A stretch of DNA of 64,000 bases from Desulfatiglandales bacterium (GTDB lineage: Bacteria > Desulfobacterota > DSM-4660 > Desulfatiglandales > HGW-15). Location of the stretch: assembly GCA_963667015.2 (NCBI GenBank), contig CAXXJJ010000004.1, positions 1,376,001-1,440,000 of the forward strand, in the 5' to 3' direction. A model generated the notes under the pieces. The model saw only the letters and a list, made by a program, of their open reading frames with translations. It made no database searches and was not told where the DNA came from. Shown one piece after another: positions 57,734 through 64,000 of this stretch (positions are counted from its first letter, which is position 1; every line of letters begins with the position of its first letter). A program made the translations under genes and the position numbers.

Positions 57734-58306
57734 TTATTTCCCTTTAACAAAGGTATATGTAATTGCATTACATTTAACATCCAAAACCGTTGAGCGTTCT
57801 TTTACAGGTTTCATGGTAACATTCTGAATATTCATTATACGCTCCATGTTACCAACCTTTTCAAAAAAGACTGCTACATTATGGTAAGATCCTTTTATTG
57901 TAAGAGATATCGGGACCTCTGCATAAAAACCTTTCACCCTGTTATTTTGAGGCTGAAAGACAGATATATCAAGTTCGGAATCAAAACCAAGTTTTGTTAT
58001 CTGTGTCAACAGTTCAGGAATTTCCATTTCATTGGGGAGCAGTCTTAATGCCACATCAAACTGCATATCAACCTTTTTTTTCTCTTCCCTGACCTTTGGC
58101 AATTTTTTTCTCTGTATTCTTGCCCTGTCCAGTTTACCATTCAATTCATCAATACTGGTCCGGGTAACGGATATCTGCTCTGTTTTAGGCATATAGACCA
58201 GCGGGATGAAAATACCGGCAAGCACAATCAGGGTACCCGCAAGGATAGCAATCCTTACCGGCATCTTGATCACTTCTATTTTTTCAATTAGGGATTTTTT
58301 TTCCAT
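57734..58306 (-). CDS. pilO: Type IV pilus assembly protein PilO
   Basis: TM + coiled coil, LPNEMEIPELL, FYAEVPISLTIKGSYH, ERIMNI. Confidence 0.93.
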   Translation of the reverse strand: MEKKSLIEKIEVIKMPVRIAILAGTLIVLAGIFIPLVYMPKTEQISVTRTSIDELNGKLDRARIQRKKLPKVREEKKKVDMQFDVALRLLPNEMEIPELLTQITKLGFDSELDISVFQPQNNRVKGFYAEVPISLTIKGSYHNVAVFFEKVGNMERIMNIQNVTMKPVKERSTVLDVKCNAITYTFVKGK

Positions 58307-58328
58307 TATTTCTCAGCCCGGAACCTAG

Positions 58329-58934
58329 TTATTTTTTCTTTTTTGGTTTCTTTTTAGTCTTCGTGCCTTCGCTTTTTTTGGCTGCAGCATAAGTCTTACA
58401 TTCTAAAGTAAAATCCGAAACAGTCAATTTTTCCGCAGGCAATTCCCTGCTTTGGGTTTTCTTCAGTACGGGTGTAGCTATTATCTGCTCGGTTCTTTCA
58501 AGGTTTTTCATAAATAATGAAACTGTCTCATAGTCCATTGCTGTGCCGCTTAGATCTAATTTACCATCTTTTTCAGAAAGGGATGTGAGCCAGAGTTTAT
58601 TCTTGGGAACAGCATCTGAAATATCAGAAAGCAGAAGGACCGGACCTGTTTTTCCCTTCTCAAGATCTTTTATGATATCAAGCTTTTTGTTTATCTCCTT
58701 GATCTTGTTTTCCAGATCCTTAATTTCCTTTAACTCCTTATCATAGCTTTTAAGTTCTGCAGTTAACCTGCTCTCCTGATCTTTTAAATCAGAAAGGTCT
58801 TTGCTGTATTTAAAAAACAAAACACCCATTACTAGGAGAGCACAGCAGACAGCAGCAACATAAATTGTAATCTGCCTTTTTACATTCTCTCTCTTCCGAG
58901 CTGCCCTGAAGGGCAAAAGATTAATTCTTATCAT
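58329..58934 (-). CDS. pilN: Type IV pilus assembly protein PilN
   Basis: MIRINLLP motif, TM, coiled coil, VP..LWLTSL. Confidence 0.94.
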   Translation of the reverse strand: MIRINLLPFRAARKRENVKRQITIYVAAVCCALLVMGVLFFKYSKDLSDLKDQESRLTAELKSYDKELKEIKDLENKIKEINKKLDIIKDLEKGKTGPVLLLSDISDAVPKNKLWLTSLSEKDGKLDLSGTAMDYETVSLFMKNLERTEQIIATPVLKKTQSRELPAEKLTVSDFTLECKTYAAAKKSEGTKTKKKPKKKK

Positions 58935-60028
58935 TTGTCACCAACACTCCTTAAAGCCAGGCCTACTGCCACGCCAGCCTGGGGAGCTATATCGCTCAGG
59001 TACTTGGGGTCAAATATCTTCTCATTAATCTGCAAACCTCCAAACGGATTCAGTTCTTCAACTGGAATACCTGTTTCCATTTCAAGGTACTTCATAAAAT
59101 CCGGGATTTTACATGCTCCACCGCTAACAAATATCTTTTCTATTTTTTCCTCTGGATATGTTGTGGATAGGAAATCCAGCGCTCTGCTGGTTTCCTGTAC
59201 CCATCCGGATACCATTGTAGTAAAAATTTCTTCAAGAGCGGGTTTATCTTTATCTTCCACTTCTGCCCCACCCAGCTTTATTTTTTCTGCTTCTTCATAT
59301 GATACATCAAACTGGGATGAAATTGTATCAGTAATCTGAGCACCACCGTAAGAGGAATCCCTGGTAAACATTGAAGTGCCATTTTTTATTGCATTTATAC
59401 CGAGTTCCTCAGCACCTATATTTATTATTGCATAACATCCCGAGGCATCAGTCGTGCTGGCTTCAAAGGCATTTTGAAGGGCAAAGGCATCCACGTCCAT
59501 AACAACCGGGTTAAGTCCGGCCAGATGAATAAGGCTTTCATATTCTTCAATAATATCCTTTTTTGCTGCAACAAGCATCACATCCATTAAATCAGAATCA
59601 TGACTTGATATATCGTCATCAAAGCCTTCACCTGGGATATCATCAGAATCAGATAGAATCTCATAATCAAGATTAACATCGCTGATATCAAAGGGAATAT
59701 ACTGCTCTGCTTCTTCCTGGATACTTGACTCCAGCGCTGCCTCATCTCTCTTTGCAATACTTATTTTTTTAACAATTACAGAAAACCCCGAAATAGATGT
59801 GGCTACATTTTTATTCTTTACGTTAAGGTTTTTAAAAAGGTTTCTAATTGCAGTAGCGGCTACTTCTATCTCTTTTATACTGCCTTCAACGATAGTATCC
59901 TTTGGCAAATGGACGATTCCGAAGTTTTTTAAAATCATTCCTTTTTTGCTATCATCAATTTCAACCAGTTTTATAGAGTGCGAACCAATATCCAACCCTA
60001 CCAGTTGATTCTTTTTAGGTACAGGCAT
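58931..60028 (-). CDS. pilM: Type IV pilus assembly ATPase-like protein PilM
   Basis: VGLDIGSHSIKLVE, EAEQYIPF, DVDAFAL, SGG, AVGLALR. Confidence 0.95.
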   Translation of the reverse strand: MPVPKKNQLVGLDIGSHSIKLVEIDDSKKGMILKNFGIVHLPKDTIVEGSIKEIEVAATAIRNLFKNLNVKNKNVATSISGFSVIVKKISIAKRDEAALESSIQEEAEQYIPFDISDVNLDYEILSDSDDIPGEGFDDDISSHDSDLMDVMLVAAKKDIIEEYESLIHLAGLNPVVMDVDAFALQNAFEASTTDASGCYAIINIGAEELGINAIKNGTSMFTRDSSYGGAQITDTISSQFDVSYEEAEKIKLGGAEVEDKDKPALEEIFTTMVSGWVQETSRALDFLSTTYPEEKIEKIFVSGGACKIPDFMKYLEMETGIPVEELNPFGGLQINEKIFDPKYLSDIAPQAGVAVGLALRSVGDK

Positions 60029-60042
60029 AAATGTCCTCGTTA

Positions 60043-60243
60043 TTAAACGTCAAGAAAAACCTTGCTTTTATCAGCCAGGTTAAACCCAAGAGCAAGAATG
60101 ATTTTCCTCTTCGTTTCCATCCGGCAGCTTTTACCCTTTTCTATCCGATCAATAGTCAGGGATGAAACCCCGGCTTTTCTAGCCAATTCAGCCTTACTCA
60201 TCAAGAGCTCTTCCCGGATTTCTTTTACAATGTTTCGGCCCAA
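60043..60243 (-). CDS. XRE-family helix-turn-helix protein heading the pil operon
   Basis: IREELLMSKAELARKAGVSSLTIDRIEKG; GGAGG RBS before TTG; 14 nt upstream of pilM. Confidence 0.88.
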   Translation of the reverse strand: MGRNIVKEIREELLMSKAELARKAGVSSLTIDRIEKGKSCRMETKRKIILALGFNLADKSKVFLDV

Positions 60244-60297
60244 TTTTGCCTCCAGCTTATTTCGTTAACCACAATAGTTTTATTACACTAGGCAAAT

Positions 60298-60325
60298 ATC
60301 ATATATATATTGTGTATTTTGTCAA
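60298..60325 (-). promoter_or_regulatory. sigma70-type promoter for the HTH-pilMNOPQ operon
   Basis: Minus strand TTGACA-16 nt-TATGAT. Confidence 0.6.
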
Positions 60326-60699
60326 GTATTTTTCGATAAATTTACCTAATTTAATATAATTTCTATACACATCGCATATATTAATATAAATTAATACAAC
60401 ATATTGTATAGACTTTGTGGCACAATACAAGCGGAACCACCAATCAAACCAACAAAGTAAAGATTTTTTTAATTTAATACTTACATCTCATTATTTTTTA
60501 TGCAAAATACAAGCCACTTGATCTTTTTTGGCTATTGGAAAGCTATACTTCTTATTAGAAAAATATCTTTACAGCAATCAATTATTTATATAATAAACAA
60601 CCATCTCCTCTGCTAACTCAATATCGACAGAAATATTGATAGCGTTAAAAAATAATACATCTGAAGTCAGATTGGAAAAGAACAATAAGGGATTAACCC

Positions 60700-61350
60700 A
60701 TGATAAGTAAAAAAAGTATAATCAGGGAATACGCAGAGGCATTCACTATTGCCATCCTGCTTGCATTGTTTATTCGAACCTTTATAATACAGGCATTCAA
60801 GATCCCTTCAGGAAGCATGAAATCCACTCTTCTCATTGGAGACCACCTTCTTGTCAATAAATTCATCTACGGCATCAAAATCCCTTTTATGGATAAATTC
60901 ATTATCCAGTTTAAAAAACCTGAAAGAGGCGATGTTGTTGTTTTTAAATACCCTGATAACGAAAGCATGGATTTTATAAAAAGAGTTATCGGAATTGCAG
61001 GAGATACAATAGAAATAAAAGATGACCAGTTATACATCAACAATAAAAAAATTACAAAAGAACTTGTCGGCAGATACAGCGACGATGAAATGACGAATGC
61101 AGAAGTTTATGAAGAAATAATTGACGGTAAGAGACATAAAATTCTTAACAAATCAATTGACGAAGATTTCGGACCGGTAAAAGTTCCCGAAGATTCCATA
61201 TTTGTCATGGGTGACAACAGGGACAACAGCCATGATGGCCGAAAATGGGAAAAAACACATTTTGTAAAACTCGAAAAAATCAAAGGCAAAGCATTAATAA
61301 TATACTGGTCATGGCCTCACTGGAAACGTTTTTTAAATATCATCAGGTAG
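60700..61350 (+). CDS. lepB: Signal peptidase I
   Basis: IPSGSM (Ser), GDHLLVNKF, RGDVVVF, FIKRVIG (Lys), MGDNRDNSHDGR. Confidence 0.97.
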   Translation: MISKKSIIREYAEAFTIAILLALFIRTFIIQAFKIPSGSMKSTLLIGDHLLVNKFIYGIKIPFMDKFIIQFKKPERGDVVVFKYPDNESMDFIKRVIGIAGDTIEIKDDQLYINNKKITKELVGRYSDDEMTNAEVYEEIIDGKRHKILNKSIDEDFGPVKVPEDSIFVMGDNRDNSHDGRKWEKTHFVKLEKIKGKALIIYWSWPHWKRFLNIIR

Positions 61351-61403
61351 ACATTCATCTTTCCTCTTGCTCTGACACCAGCATCAGCAACTTTAACTTT
61401 TAG

Positions 61404-61447
61404 AATACAGGTGTGTATTAATTAATATTTTTATACATATCTGTATT
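61404..61447 (+). terminator. RNA hairpin after lepB
   Basis: AATACAGGTGTGTAT...ATACATATCTGTATT, a 15-bp stem with two G-U pairs that form only on the + strand. Confidence 0.6.
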
Positions 61448-61520
61448 TAGTAATTTACATATCAGAAAAAATAATTTAGTCTATACCCTTTTCTCAAAAA
61501 TCTGAAATTATTCCATATGA

Positions 61521-64000
<2,480 letters not shown>

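Noticed and set aside
60244..60699. Possible GEMM (c-di-GMP/cGAMP) riboswitch upstream of the pil operon, as in Geobacter
   Set aside because: The predicted leader is short and AT-rich, without the two-hairpin GEMM signature.

Overview
Core-chromosome segment of an anaerobic Desulfobacterota-like bacterium, probably a sulfate reducer (inferred from the qrcABCD-type operon, the long-form fhs, PFOR, and the gene orders rnj-ftsK-lolA and HTH-pilMNOPQ). About 48 CDS. Housekeeping: lhr (runs off the left edge), ftsK, rnj, ssb, sucCD, purM, rne/rng, fhs, nadC, nadB, valS, rpsU, lepB, and nifJ/por (runs off the right edge). Also a type IV pilus pilMNOPQ+TPR operon and several accessory modules. No rRNA, tRNA, CRISPR array or intact transposase was recognised. 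Most notable: (1) a 1395-aa dikinase-like protein with no pyruvate-binding barrel, coupled to a divergent GAPDH; (2) an asnB-like amidotransferase / GshA-EgtA-like ligase / glutaredoxin operon that may make an unusual amidated thiol; (3) a ~315-nt structured leader upstream of rpsU with a consensus promoter and mutually exclusive terminator/antiterminator helices; (4) a hyperacidic RomR-C/PopZ-like protein without a receiver domain, upstream of valS; (5) a hybrid sensor kinase split by one in-frame TAA; (6) a heptamer-built inverted repeat in front of lhr. All functional calls come from reading motifs by eye; no database search was run.
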